64,000 nucleotides of DNA from Octopus sinensis. Lineage: Eukaryota. The notes beneath the pieces were generated by a model that ran no database searches, had not been told where the DNA came from, and saw only the letters and a program-made list of their open reading frames with translations. The stretch covers positions 164,176,001 through 164,240,000 of the forward strand of contig NC_042999.1 in the NCBI RefSeq assembly GCF_006345805.1. Direction: 5' to 3'. Positions 11,604 through 25,500 of the stretch are shown here, piece by piece. The stretch's first letter is position 1; every line of letters begins with the position of its first letter. The position numbers and the translations under genes are program-made.

Positions 11604-11877
11604 ATACTGCTTTATATATAAGTTTATATATAAGTATAAACTTATAAATAAGTTTATACTGCTAAACTTATTTTATAAAATATAATTATTCCTATTTCTT
11701 TATGAAAATTTTTAAAAACACTTTTGTAATTACTTTAAACAAGCAATTACAAATGTAGATAATGAAAACTAAATGAATGTTTCTAAAATCTGCAATTAAT
11801 TGAAACAATAGATTTTAAATAAATTTAAAACAATAAAACTATGACTGGGTTCACTAATATAATAATTTTCCCCTTAA

Positions 11878-12097
11878 CCCTTTAGCATTCAAACCATATC
11901 CAAACTAAATATTCTACCTGTTTTTATATTCAAACCAGCCAGGTCCGATCTTTCACACCTACCCTACAATGTCATTCTAAAAATAAACATCCACATCATA
12001 TTGAAATCTTGAAATTATGACACAATGCATGATTAATTTAAAACAATTGTGAACAAATAAACATTACATTTGAGAGTGTAATCTGAATGCTAAAGGG
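11878..12097. mobile_element. piggyBac-like MITE (TTAA|CCCTTTAGCATTC...GAATGCTAAAGGG)
   Basis: Terminal inverted repeats with TTAA on the left. Related copies at ~20690-20891, ~23572-23765 and ~38083-38295. Confidence 0.7.
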
Positions 12098-12284
12098 GTC
12101 ACAGGTTCCCTTCTGCTGGTCTTTTCAGGACATTTGTTATTTGATTGAGATGGACGGAAGAAAGAGGAAGTAATGTTATAGAATGGGTTGTTTTGTCCAC
12201 AATCCAGTGAATTGAACTTATTGAACTCTTCTATCGATTAACTGTTGCCAATCATTACTTTTCTCAAATCCATATTACAGTTAT

Positions 12285-12652
12285 CTTTTATTTGTTTCAG
12301 TCATTAGACTGTGGCCATGCTGGGGCCCTGCTTTGAAGAATTTTAGTCAACCCCAGAACTTATTTTTTTGTAAAGCTTGGTACTTTTCTATGGGTATCTT
12401 TTGCTGAGCTGCTAAGTTACAGGGATGTAAACATATCAACACTGGTTTCAAGCAGTGGTGGAGGACAAACACATACACACATATATATATATATATGACA
12501 AGCTTCTTTCAGTTTCAGTCTATCAAGTCCACTCACAAGGCTTTGGTCAGCCTGAGACTGTAGTAGAAGACACTTGCCCAAAGTGGCACACAGTGGGTCT
12601 GAACTTGGAACCATGTAAATGGGAACCAAACTTCTTACCACACAGCCATGCC
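12285..12652 (-). mobile_element. SINE family B copy
   Basis: Colinear with 11200-11603. Confidence 0.85.
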
Positions 12653-13854
12653 TTCTTCAATTTGTTTACTTTCTCTGACTTCAGAAAGTAAACAGGTGCT
12701 TAAGATGAATCATCTACTTATGCTTTTAATCACTTATTATTAACAGGGTAGTGGATGATTCAAATCTTGCTGAGATTAACTTTGCCTTTCATCTTTTTGT
12801 GGGCCAATAAAATAAAGTACCAGTCAAGAGCAGAGGTCAATAGTATCAGCTTACCATCTCCCTTCAGAATTGTTGGCCTAAATTAGTAACGATTATTAGG
12901 AAGGCAGAATCAGTGGAACATCAGACAAAAGGTACTGTACTATTTAGTTATGCCCCTTTATGTTCTGAGTTCAAATCCCACCATGATGACTTTGCCATTC
13001 ATCTTTTTGGGTCAATAAAACATGTTCCAATCAAGTCTGTCTAATCAAATATACTTTTCCCAAACATTTGTGGTATTATCTCCTTGGTTGTTTCTCAAGT
13101 CTTGAAAAAGACAGTTTTGCAATTTCTTGCTGAACAATCTGCACAGAGGATATCTTTACAGTGATTAAATATTTGTGCTTTACATCAACTCAGTCTCTCC
13201 ATCAAATCAACATTGCCTGCACAGGTGGGTGCATGGTGTCCCACATGTCAGATGTTGATGTGATTGCATGGCAACATAAAATGAAGTGTTTGGCTCAAAT
13301 TCACAAAACAGTCATGTCTAAAAATCAAAACCACAACCCTATGTTACAAATCATTATTATTATAATTAGTGCACCTGACTATAGAATCACTAGAATGATG
13401 GGTATGTAGTATATACTTATGGTTCTCTATGTTCATACTTCAAACATCGCTAGGGTCAACTGTCATCCAAGATTCATAAAATAAGCATCATTCTGGAATC
13501 AATATTTCTCATTTTGAGTGAATGTTAGAGATCAATATTGTTATTGATCAATATTGTATCACATTACTGAAGACTAGGTCTTTGTAAAGCCTGGGAAAAG
13601 ATTATGTTAAAAAGAAATGATATATAGGATAATGTAGTCCTAGGTAAACTATGTCTAAATAAAGAAAAAAGAGTAACTATAGTTGAAATATTTTTAATCA
13701 TAGGCCTGCAAAATGCCAACTGATTCACTTGAGAAAAGACTATTTTGTTGTTTTCTAACTAAATTGTCCGATAATATATTTACAGGTACACTTATTTATT
13801 TTCCAAAATTGTATGACTCTTACATCAACTATTCATCACTCACACAGTCCCTAA

Positions 13855-14226
13855 TCTCTCTCTATATAAACGGCAGTTTGTCTGTGTGCGTGTCTGTGTG
13901 TCTGTTAGGTTGTACCCTCACCCTGACCACGGCTTTCAACCGATTCTGATGAAACTTGACACACACATAGCCCAATGTCATAATTCAAAACTAACGCAGC
14001 GAAAATTTTGAAAAGTTCCCCCAGTTCTGAAAAAGATCGATAAATTCGACATGGGGTCGACAATCAGAAACACAAACCACAGATGGTCATGGAGACGCAA
14101 CTCAACCTTTTTAACTCTCAAAAAAATTTACCCCCATTTTTTTGCTATTTTTTGGCTATAACTCTCTAAAAATGCTTTATAGTTATTTCCCTTACAAACC
14201 TGAGCAACGCCAGGCGATACTGCTAG
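13855..14226 (+). mobile_element. Non-autonomous Helitron
   Basis: A|TCTCTCTCTATATAAA 5' end, subterminal hairpin cctgagcaacgccagg, CTAG|T 3' end, no TSD. Confidence 0.88.
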
Positions 14227-14849
14227 TCAGTTAATATTATTATTGTTTTATATTTCCTCTTCTCCAAATCATTCCTTGTTTATGTCCCTTACAATTTCTA
14301 CAGCTAATAAGAACTCATGCTCCCTTTCCCAGTTACCAGAAAAACATGTAGCTGTCATTGGTGTCTCTCTTAATTACTCCTTCTTGCACTGTCCCTCCTT
14401 ACTCATCTCATCTGTCAAACTACTCTCTTCACAGAGTCAATAAAACAAGTTCCAATCAAGTCAATCTAATCAAATATACTTTCCCTAAAAATTTGTGGTA
14501 ATGTTTTCTTGATAGTCACTCAAAGTCCAAGAAAGATGATTCTACAATCACTGTTTCTCCTTTCATACCCTCACTTCTTTCACCCTCAACAATTGTCCTC
14601 TCTTCACTCTGCACCACAGTTTATATTACCTTCAATAAACAGACACAACACACAGCAGTGAGTATGCATTTGTTTTGTGAAGTAAAAGGCAGCTTCACTA
14701 GTGTTGATGCCATAATAAAATGAGCCCAATAGATTTTGTAAAGAGGTTGATATTAGGGAAAAGCATCCAACCATAGTTATCAGACATAAACTAAACAGTA
14801 TAAATGAAATATGGTTTGCTGAACTATCTAGGTGAGCAATAACTCTGAA

Positions 14850-15302
14850 TAAGAACTGACTCAGGCTGTGACTAGCCTTGTTCGAATGCCTGACACATGA
14901 CTACCCAAAAGACTTTTACAGTGAATTGGCAGAAGGCAAGCATACACAAGGTGAGTCGGAAAAGTTCTTCAAAGATACACTCAAAAGCTCACTGAAGTAC
15001 TTTCAGATCAATCCCGACACCTGGGAAATATAAGTACAGGACCACCTTGCTTGGCATAGCTGCACCAAGAGAGGTGCCACCTCTTAAGAACAGAACAGGA
15101 TTGCAGGAATACAAAGAAAATGTGAGCTTCACAAGTCCAGAGCCAACTCTTTGCCTTCATTCACAGTGGACCACTAGCACCTGACCTGTAATAGAACCTT
15201 CTGAGCATGCAATGACCAGATTGGCTACAGCTGGTCACACTTTGATCTATCTTCTTCTCGCACATGATGTCTTTGGTAATTGTCGACAATGACAGACAAA
15301 CA
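14850..15302 (+). mobile_element. RTE LINE 3' end fragment
   Basis: Degenerate RMPD.RLPKR..SELAEGK..KDTLKSSLKYFQINPDTWE, followed by an RTE-type 3' tail. Confidence 0.8.
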
Positions 15303-15783
15303 TTATTATACTCATACCACTTATTCCAGCAGATGTAAAAATAAGGTGTTGAGGAATAAAATCTTATATTCAAAATAAATGTGAACCTGAAATATTTCAA
15401 ACCCATTTCTCCAATTCTATTTTTTAATTGAAATACTAACATAAAACAGAAACTGTCTTGAATTGAAATGAAATAAATAAAAACTACTGAAAATTTTAAA
15501 AAATTGAAATTAAAATTCCCATGCAAAATTATTTTTAATTGAAATTTAATTCCAGTTTGAATTTCAAATTTAGTTTTCAACCTTTTCCAGTATGATTTCA
15601 GGTCATAAAACTATCCCAGTTTTATCAAATAATAGAGAAAAAAATATTTGTATGGCATAAAATATAGCTTCAAATCAAAATTTCTCCCCAAATTGAAACA
15701 CAATCAAATGGTTTCAATATTTTTAAGAAATTTTACTGGAAAAATCAACAAATACAGCAGATGAATTACAAATTCTTTCTGCG

Positions 15784-16110
15784 ATAATAATAATAATAAT
15801 AATAATAATAATCATAACAACATTAATAATGATAATAATAATAATAGTTTGGTTTTTGTATTTACAAAAGTACAAATTGAATTTTTAAAAAATTATATTT
15901 AGAAATTTCAATAAACTCGCCATCTTCTGCTGAAGATTTGTGATGGGGGCACACACTGTTATTTCTGATGGTCCATGGTGTAGTGGGAACACAGCAGCTT
16001 CACTGATAATCTAAGATGTCAGAAGAAATCATTGACAAAAGAAGGCTGGTTTAAACAGAGGAGAAGATGAAATTATACACCCAATTCATCAAACATTCAT
16101 GTTGTACAAT

Positions 16111-16159
<49 letters not shown>

Positions 16160-16230
16160 TGCATATGCATGTGAGTTTATGTATGTTTTATATATATATG
16201 TATATGTGTACACACATATATGATATTTAT
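15784..16230. repeat. (AAT)n ~15784-15845 and (TA)n/(TG)n ~16110-16230 downstream of the ACADVL stop
   Basis: Directly visible simple repeats. Confidence 0.9.
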
Positions 16231-16435
16231 GTGTATATCTATGTGTTCTGTGTGTAAGTTTATGCATAGATTTATCAATGGAAATATTCCACATTTTTTG
16301 GTGTATCTGAAATATAAATTTAGGATTTCTCTTTGATTCAATTAATCAGATTTTTAGTTAATTACAAAAGGAAAAAAAAAGTGGGAATGGGATTACAGTT
16401 TACTAAAAATGATTCATTAAGTGGTTCAATCTTCA

Positions 16436-16573
16436 TCAAAATCCCAGTGGGTGTTTTGCAGCAACACATCCACTCTCTACAATGTCTCGTGATATCAATG
16501 ACATTTTCTGGAAATTTTTCTTAGATTCTGGGTCTCTGGCAGCTTTCAGTTTGTTCTCCACATTTTCAAGTGC
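16436..16573 (-). CDS. ACADVL: ACADVL exon 20, terminal coding part ([45 protein letters not shown])
   Basis: cag acceptor, TGA at 16438-16436, conserved PLGF C-terminus. The end of the 3' UTR was not determined. Confidence 0.96.
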   Translation of the reverse strand, partial: ALENVENKLKAARDPESKKNFQKMSLISRDIVESGCVAAKHPLGF

Positions 16574-19500
16574 CTGAGTTTGATATAAAATTAGAAATAG
16601 TTAGAAATGATAAGAAAAAGCTAACACATATACACACGTCATAACATACACCAAAGAGAGGATCATTACACATTTGCTTCACCTGATAGAAATAGAAGCC
16701 AAATCTCCCTCAAATCATACTCTACTGTCTTGAAAAAGAAAGGTCATATTAAATAATGTAGTCAGAGTTGCACTAAATCCAGGATGGTCATATTTGTAAT
16801 ATCTTTGACCATAGATCTGCATAATTATGACCTCAAGCTAAGCAACACTATCAGATCAAGTATTAAAAAAATAACACACTGACAGAGAGATTGGTTGTGG
16901 TAATAGTTGATATGACAATGGTAAAAAGAAAACTGATCATAAACAGGCTGTGAATAATGTTGTAACAGAAAATGGATGACGGGATTAATGTGACAGAAGT
17001 AAATGGAAGATCCATGTTGTTATGTGGTACCAAATCAATCTGATCAAGCAGGTAATCAACTGTATAAGTTGGTGTGACCCACAGTTCAGATATAACACTC
17101 ATCAACATGGTACCACTTAAAGGTCAACACACCACCACCGCTCAAAGACTCACTCACCACAACTGCTCAAATACTCACCAACACACCTACAATGACACAA
17201 AGACTCAGTCACCTACACACAACAACCATTATTTCTCTGACACACTGTTTTTTTTTCTCATGGTCTCTTTTATAGCCATTAACTCTGTGCTTCTGAACCA
17301 GAAAAGTGCACAGTTCCTCTACCCAAGCCCAACCAGTTCACATACATTTCACTGAACCTGTTTTCTCTACAAGTATGAATTTACAACAGTTCAAGCTGAA
17401 CACACACTGCAGTGATGTGAATACAGGAGATGAAGACTGAAAGAGCTGTTAGAGAGACAAAAAAAACTTACCTCATCACAGAAAACATTACAGATAAGAC
17501 TCTCATGTTGGGCAGAGGGAAGTCTCTGAGCCAGAGACCTTGATGAACGAGATAAAATGCTGACCATTGCATAAATATCAATGGCTGAATCTGCAACTCT
17601 GTTCAGAATAAACTGTTCATCTGAAATTGACAAATTGAACATTGAGATTATTCATTCTGTTCTCAACAAGTCCCTTTTCTGAATTGCAACAATATGTATG
17701 ACTTATTTTCATTTTTAGTAGTTATAGAATTAGGCAAATAACAGACAAACCTACCCTTATATAGGATACTAGCCTACTGTGAGTAGATTTCCTATGACAG
17801 GAGTTGGAACTCAGTACTGCAAGCTAGTAAAGTACTCAACAACTCTATAGTGCTACCACAGATTAGAGCTGAGTGAACTGGTTACTGATTCTTAAGTGTC
17901 TTAGCCACAGACATAATAGTATATGAACTGCTGACAACTTGGTTAGCTGTCTTACTGTTTCACTCATCTCTTCTCTCTTTAGACAAGTTGGGTTACAATA
18001 AAGATATCGGTAAACACAACATACTAGTTAGTTATAAGAATATCAAGATACACTATATGTGTGTATAAGATTACCTCCAGCTCCAAATCCCCAAAATGTG
18101 GTGGAGTGATGTTGTCAATTAACTTCCACAAATATGATGATTGTTTAACAATAATATTAACTAGATATATTTTAGATTGTTTTAGCAATAATATATACCA
18201 TATATGGCTAATGATCTTTCATAATATATTAATGTAAGAGAAGGCCACTGAGTTGGCAGAACTAGAGGTGTAGGGAGTCAAATGCTTTTAAGCAATTACT
18301 TATAGCCACTTACACTCTATGTTTTAGTTAAAATTATTTTACCTTTTATCTACAAAGGGTTTGAAAATATGTACCAATCAATAATTGGAGTGATCTGATC
18401 AACTGTTTTCTCTTTCTTTAAAAATGTGACTTTGTATCCAAGTTAAATATAAACAGTGAGTCAATTGGAATTTGTTTTGATATTTGGTTTAAAAGTAAAT
18501 AATGAGAGATATTTCCAAAAGCATTGCCCTGCTCCAGGAAAAAATTCCTTACCAATAATCTTCATTCCATACTGCATCAACAACGATTCAACAGTGGAAC
18601 CAAACAGTGAAATGGCTTTGGAAGTCTAAACCAAAAAAAGAAAGACAGCAAAATATAAAAAAGGTATCACTCAAACACTTTCAGAGATAATCAGGAGTTT
18701 AACACACAAGCATATTGATACATGCATACAAACACATAGGTATTGTGACACACATATGTGGAGGTGATTGGGAGGTGCAGACACAGCTACGTGGTTAAGA
18801 AGTTGACTTCCCAACCACATGGTTTCAAGTTCAGTTCAACTACGTGTCACCTTGGGTGTCTTCTACTATGGCCCAGGACCAGCCTTACAAGTAACCAAAA
18901 GAATCTTGTTGTGTATATACACAAATATATATGCATAAATGTGAACATCAAGTTAGTTAAAATATGTTTGACATATTTCAACTTCTAAAGGCAAATTCAC
19001 TGCAGTTACCATGGAGTAAAAATTCTCTTTTGTGGTAAAAGGTGTAAAGACACTGTATCTGCTCTCTATTGGATTCTCAGACATTTCTAGCTCTTTAGCC
19101 ATTAACAATGGGAAATACCAAAGACAGGTAACTCTGAGCAGATTTAAAACCATAGCTTTAACTAAAATACAGGTCACAAACATGTGTTTTAGTCACTTCT
19201 CTTTGGTATTCCCCATTTAGATATGAGCAATCCTCTCTCTCTCTCCCATACTTCGTGTGTGTATGTGTGTGTGTGAACAACATCATGACATAATTGCGCA
19301 ATTACTACTATTGCTTTGTGATTCAAATAACTACAAGACATGTACAGTAAAATTATTTCAATACCAATAATTTTTGAAGATCCATACTCACTTTCACACC
19401 TCAAGGTTCAAACTACCACACTGCCACTGCACTTCACACACAAGACCAAACTCTTACAATCCATACGGGCAGTTGTCCACACTGCATAAAGTTAGACTCT

Positions 19501-22500
19501 AACATTGTAAAAGGCTGGACAGCCACACTGCAGACACCTAACTCTTGTGTTGTAAAAAACCATATGCCCACACTATACTGCACAGAAGACCCAATCTCCA
19601 CACAAATCAACCATGTCATAGAGTGTAATCAAGAGTGTTTGATTTAGATGTCAGTCAGAGGTCTACTAGAGAAGAGGAGATTACTAGACATCAAAGCAAA
19701 CATCAAATCAATGATTAATAAAACTGACACTTCCACTCTTCATCAATATATAAGTGAAGATTGTTGTAAATAACCAATAAAGGTGGAGCAAGTAAAAACA
19801 GTAACTTTACCAACCTTATCGGCTACTTTGGTTAGATCTGGATGGACATATTCTTTTAATGAAGGACCAGAATTTAAACCAACCAGTCTGAAAATAGACA
19901 TAGTGTAAATCAAATGACAACATTATAATAAAGAATACAAGGGTTGAAAACATATTGAATAATGTAGTCCAAAACATACTCTGCTCGATAAAAGTCAAGA
20001 TGGTCATGGTAGGAACAGCACCAATCAGAGTGCTACTGAATCAAAGTTGACCTGGAGCTAAATAAGGCAAACATACTTAAGTGCATTGCAGAGATAGAGA
20101 ACCCTCACTATAAGCAGAAAGGAGTGGGGATTCTATAACAGGTATATATACTTCATTAACTAAATGTGTTCTGCATATATCCAACCCATGAACCTAGAAA
20201 GAAAGCAGAAAACCATTGCAAAGCCCCAATTCTGGAATACATGAACAGAAGCCCCGAAAAGATCCTCTACTGCACGGTATAATTAGCAATAAATCATCAA
20301 CTTTAATTTTCACATCCACTTTTTCATGCTGACATGGGTTGGATAGACCATCATGGCCTGAGAATTATGGATCAGAGTAACAGCCCTCCTATACAGGTCA
20401 GAGGCTGTCTTGCTTATATATTCCATTGTTGATATAGTTTCTACAGTTGAATATAACCTTCCTAACACTAACCACTTTACTGAGTTCATTAAGTATATTT
20501 CATCATGTCACCAGCACTAGAGACGTTGATTTGCCCTGGCAAGATTAAGGAGTTCTCCCTACCTAACATTGTATCTGTTCGTTTGTTCTCTAGCACACAA
20601 GAGATTATCATTTACTTCCACTTTTCTATGCTGACATAGGTTGGCTGTGTCATCATTTTCCCTGACAAGACCTTTAACCTTCAGGTTACTTCGTCAAATG
20701 CACAATATTCATTCATTTGCATTATTTTGAATTACCTATTCATTGTCTCCTAGCTTTGTGATTTCAATGATGTGACTGTATATTTTTAGAATAACATTGT
20801 AGGGTAGGCATGAGATGCCAGATATGGCTAGTCTGAACATAAAACAGGCAGAATATTTGAGCCGGATATGACCAGTTTAAATGCTAAAGGGTTAAAACCA
20901 CATTTCTGCTCATTTGTTTTCCATAGAACTGTGTGTCTTATAGGAAAGGAGGAAAGGACTGTTAGAAGAGGACCAGAAAGGTGGGGGTGAAAGACTGATA
21001 TAAGAGAAAGTAAGGGGAAAATCTAAGACAGATAGTAAGAGGTCCAGAGTGATAGAATCAGGGAAAAAGAAGAGTGACAGAAGAGGGTGAGAAGGGAGAG
21101 AAGGACAGACTGATAAGAAGAGCCTGAGTAAAAGGAATATGGAAAAGGAGAAAGAAGAGTGTCAAAGCAAAAGGGCCGAAGGGGGAATAAGAGGAATAAT
21201 AGAAGAGGAGGAGAGTAGAGGGAGAGAGGATAAGGAATGATTGACAGATTAGAGAATGTAATAAAGACAGGAATAGCAAGATTATTGATGGAGACTGAAA
21301 CAAGAAGACAATGGGCAAAAGGGTTACAAAATCGAAGTATGAATCATTTCACTGCTAAACTCTTTGCTAGCTGGTTGTACGGACTGGACATGTCTTCCAT
21401 GCAGTAATACGTCACAATCTTTTGTCATCTCCTAATGTTCAGCTTCTTGAGATTCACCTTCACCATATCTTCCACAATTTTTTTCCATCTGGAATTTCTT
21501 TACACAACTGAAATCTGCTTTAAAAAATCACATGCTTCTACCATCACAGTTATCCCTCTAGCATCCTACATCTAACTCTGTTTGTATCCATTTTCACTCT
21601 GAGCACATTTCTACTTTATTATTGGTTTCAAGTTTTGGCACAAAGCCAGCAATTTCGGGGTGGGGTAAGTAAATTACAACAACCCTGGTGCTCAACAGGT
21701 ACTTGACACTGAAAGGACGAAAGAGAAAGTTAACCTCAGTGGAATTTAAACTCAGAATGTAAAGACGAGTGAACTGCTACTAAGCATTTTGCTCAGCACA
21801 ATTACTGTCATACATTAACATTAAACACCCGGTGGGGCAATGCTAGCTTCATTTCCTTAACAAATCTTCCTTATTCAAGGTCCATATCTATCATGCCCTT
21901 CACTTTAAGAGAGAAACTTTTTTTTCCATCCTTTTCTTACTCTGACACTGTTACTTAAATGACCTAGGTAACAAATGCTATGAAAGAAGGGCATTTGAAG
22001 GAATACTATTCATTCAGGGCCGTCACATGACTTTTAGAGGCCCACTGTAACTTTTATAATCTACACACCTTTTATTCTTAGCTGTATTTTACTTTATTCT
22101 ATCTGAAGTTCAATATTTCTCGTTATCCTAAAGAACATCTTTAAAAAGTACAAATTGAATTTATTTAGAGCTGGAACTATCGTATTATTTCATGTTTGGG
22201 AAGGCCAATATTTAATAGCGTTGAGCATTTATTTGATGGACTCACAAATATCAGAAGACAAGCATTCCAAAATAACAACTGTGAAGTAAAGTTGTCTCAG
22301 CTGAATACAAAAAATTTTCAGTCCAAAACAAAAGCAAACTATTTCAAATTATATAATTTTGAAAAAATAGACGTGAATGTTCTTAAAGATTTGAGAACAG
22401 TTGAAAAAGGCTTTTTTTAAATTCTTTATTTCACTGTTAGCTTTTGCAAAATTTCGATTGAATAGACAATACTACAATTCAAACTGTAAAGTGAAAATAC

Positions 22501-25500
22501 CAAAGATGCAAAATATGAAGAATTTCTTACCTTCTCTGAAATCACAAATTTGAAGTAAAAAAATAATACTTTGCAAAATAAAAAACCTCGATCACAAATT
22601 AGTTAGAAATGAAGAAGTCCTGTGCTGGTACCACATTAAAAGCACCTAGCATACACTGTCGAGTGGTTGGTGTTATGAAGGGCTTCCAGCCATAGAAACC
22701 AAGTCAAATCAGACTGGAACCTGGTGCAGCTCTCCAGCCTTGCCAGCTCTGGTCAAACCGTCCAACCCATGCCAGCACGGAAAATGGACTTTAATGATGA
22801 TGACAGTAGGTACTAATAATATACTGGTTTTGATTTAGTTGACCACATCTCTTTTTTCTCCGAAAGCTAGTCGTGTATCTGGTCAAAACAATTTTCATCT
22901 TTTTTAGGGAGCAAATTAAAACAATACAAACATAATCCAAATTAAGTAGACAAACCTTTTGGCTCGGACAGCACCAACATCAAATATGAGACCCAGGTTA
23001 GCTGTAGGATTCTTTAAAGCTTTCTGCAGTTCCTTCAGATGTGAACCAGCATACTGGAATGTCAAGAATTAATGGTAACCAAGAGATTTTAGACAAATGA
23101 GCTAGACACTCCCTATTTTATAAGCTTTACTTATTAAGGTAGGCACTACAAAGACCAACATTGACCACTGAGTTGGACAAAACAATGTCAGTCACATGTT
23201 GGAGAATAACAGTAAGTAAATATTTTACAAAATAACATAAAAGATATGATACAAACATAAAATCTCAATTACCTACTGACAGTCAACAATAAACTCCCAT
23301 TACAACAATAACCTCTTTTTTTCAATCTATAATTCTGTAATATCCACTTCTTTTTTCAAATACTAACTCTTCACATTTGTCTGAAATTGTCACATTCTTA
23401 TTGCTTCAAAGAACTCTTTTGGTTTTGATAAGTTGCCTACATGCTGCTCTCACCTATTTGGATTTAAATCCAAAACAAACATTGGATGGGCTTGGTAATA
23501 AGGATTAACAGGTTATTATGCAAACAGTGGATGGTTCATACAATGTCAGCAGAACTGCATTGTGACATTAACCCTTTAGCATTCAGATCATTACGTCAGA
23601 TATAATGCTTATTTATTCATTGCTTTGAAATTAATCACACATCAAGATTTTGATGATGTGATTGTTTACTTTTAGAATGACATTGTATGTTAGGTGTGAG
23701 ATGCCAAATCTAGTCAGTTTAAACATAAAACAGGTAAAATATTTTGGCTGAATATGACCAGTTTTTATATAGCTCAGCAGTTCACTTTGCTGGGTAGTTC
23801 ACAAGGTACTGCAGAATTATCATGTGGTTCATTGCCTTACATTGCTGAGATCCAGCGAAGTGTGTTAAGAAGCTAGCCCAGTAGAGTCCACTGTTCATCT
23901 CAGTCAACATTATCTTTGGATCTGGGCACTGATTCAGGTTATAGATTGTGAGTGTAATGGCTGAAGTGTATGTAATGGCCCAATCTCTCATAAATTCACC
24001 TCTAGTGGCTTCCATTATCAGGTAGACCTTTTTCTCATCATGGAAGATTTCTCGCAACACTAATTATGTTTCTATACATAAAATAGCGTCTGTCTTATGC
24101 TGTGTGATGTTATATATAATTAAGCTTGATCACTTCTTTTTAATGAAGCATCACACTTCGGTACACGAGAGACTGTGTTTATTATTTAAATAAGAGTATG
24201 TGACATGGTTCAAATATCTCTAGACTCTCTAAGCAGAGTATAAAGACACTTCAACTAGGAATAGCCAATTGTTGATTAAATGCTTTCATTAACTTGGGTT
24301 TGAACATAATGCAATCTTTACAATAAAAGTATGCATGTAACACACACATACAAAATGGACTGCTTCATAATTGGCTTTATTGGAAGACTTGAAACATGAT
24401 AAAAATCTAAACAGACAGAATCACCAAATCTAGAAACGTTCCCATGTTTCTAGATTTCAGCATCTCTATTCTTGAATATTTCCAGCTCCAAATATCTCCA
24501 GATACCATGTCTCCACACACTGATATCTCCAGACCTCACTATCACCAGATTTAAATGTTGAAAATTAGGAAACAGTACTTAAATAAACATATTCACCTGA
24601 ATTCCAGTCAAGGCAACAAATAATCGCAGAATATCATTGGTTCCTTCAAATATTCTAAATATTCGTAAGTCTCTGACGACCCTCTCCAGCTCAGCATCCT
24701 GCATAAAAAGATAAAAAAAAAAGGAGTCTTAATCTTTTGGTTGATTCAATTTTAATTCAACTCTGGTAAAATATGTTGCACTGTGGAAGTTTTTTCAAGT
24801 CAAGGTTTAGAACAAATAAGTCTATCCATCAATCAACATCTTTTAATGACCATTTTCCATGCTGGCATGGGTTGGATGGTTTGACCAGAGCTGATAAGCT
24901 GGACAGTTGCACCAGATTCCAGTCTGATTTGGTTTGGTTTCTGTGGCTGGATGCCCTTCCTAATGCCAACCACTTATAGTGTGCGCTGGGTGCTTTTAAC
25001 ATGGTACCACATAAACACTCTTATGTGACATCAGCTTGAGTGCTTTTTAAGTGGCATCAACACGGGACTCTTGCAGGCCAATCATCATCTCCAGGAGGAG
25101 TGGCATTAACACTTCATTATTGTATATATTTAGTGCAATAGTACAGTGCTTAATAAAGTAAAATTGTTGTGGAGCTCTTATGTACATATAACAGGAACGT
25201 TTTTGTGGCCTGAATGAAGATACCAATATTCTGGAGTCATAACTGTTTGGCAAGTAACTTGATCTGAGACATGATGTGTTTGAAACTACGAGGACAATTA
25301 CATTTTTGCAAAGTCACTGTGGTTATAAAACACACTGTTGTAATGGTGGTGAATTAGCAAACTTAGTGACCGACAAAATGAATAGGGAAATCAATATAAT
25401 CAATATTGTAACATTCCCATTAAATTTCTAACTTTGTGATTAGGTTAAAGAAATCATTAATTTTGCAATAATGATATATATTATTAGATATCAAAGTTAG

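Noticed and set aside
20940-21320. Hydrophobic ORF 21058-21318 as a membrane protein
   Set aside because: Artefact of translating a GA-rich low-complexity tract on the minus strand.
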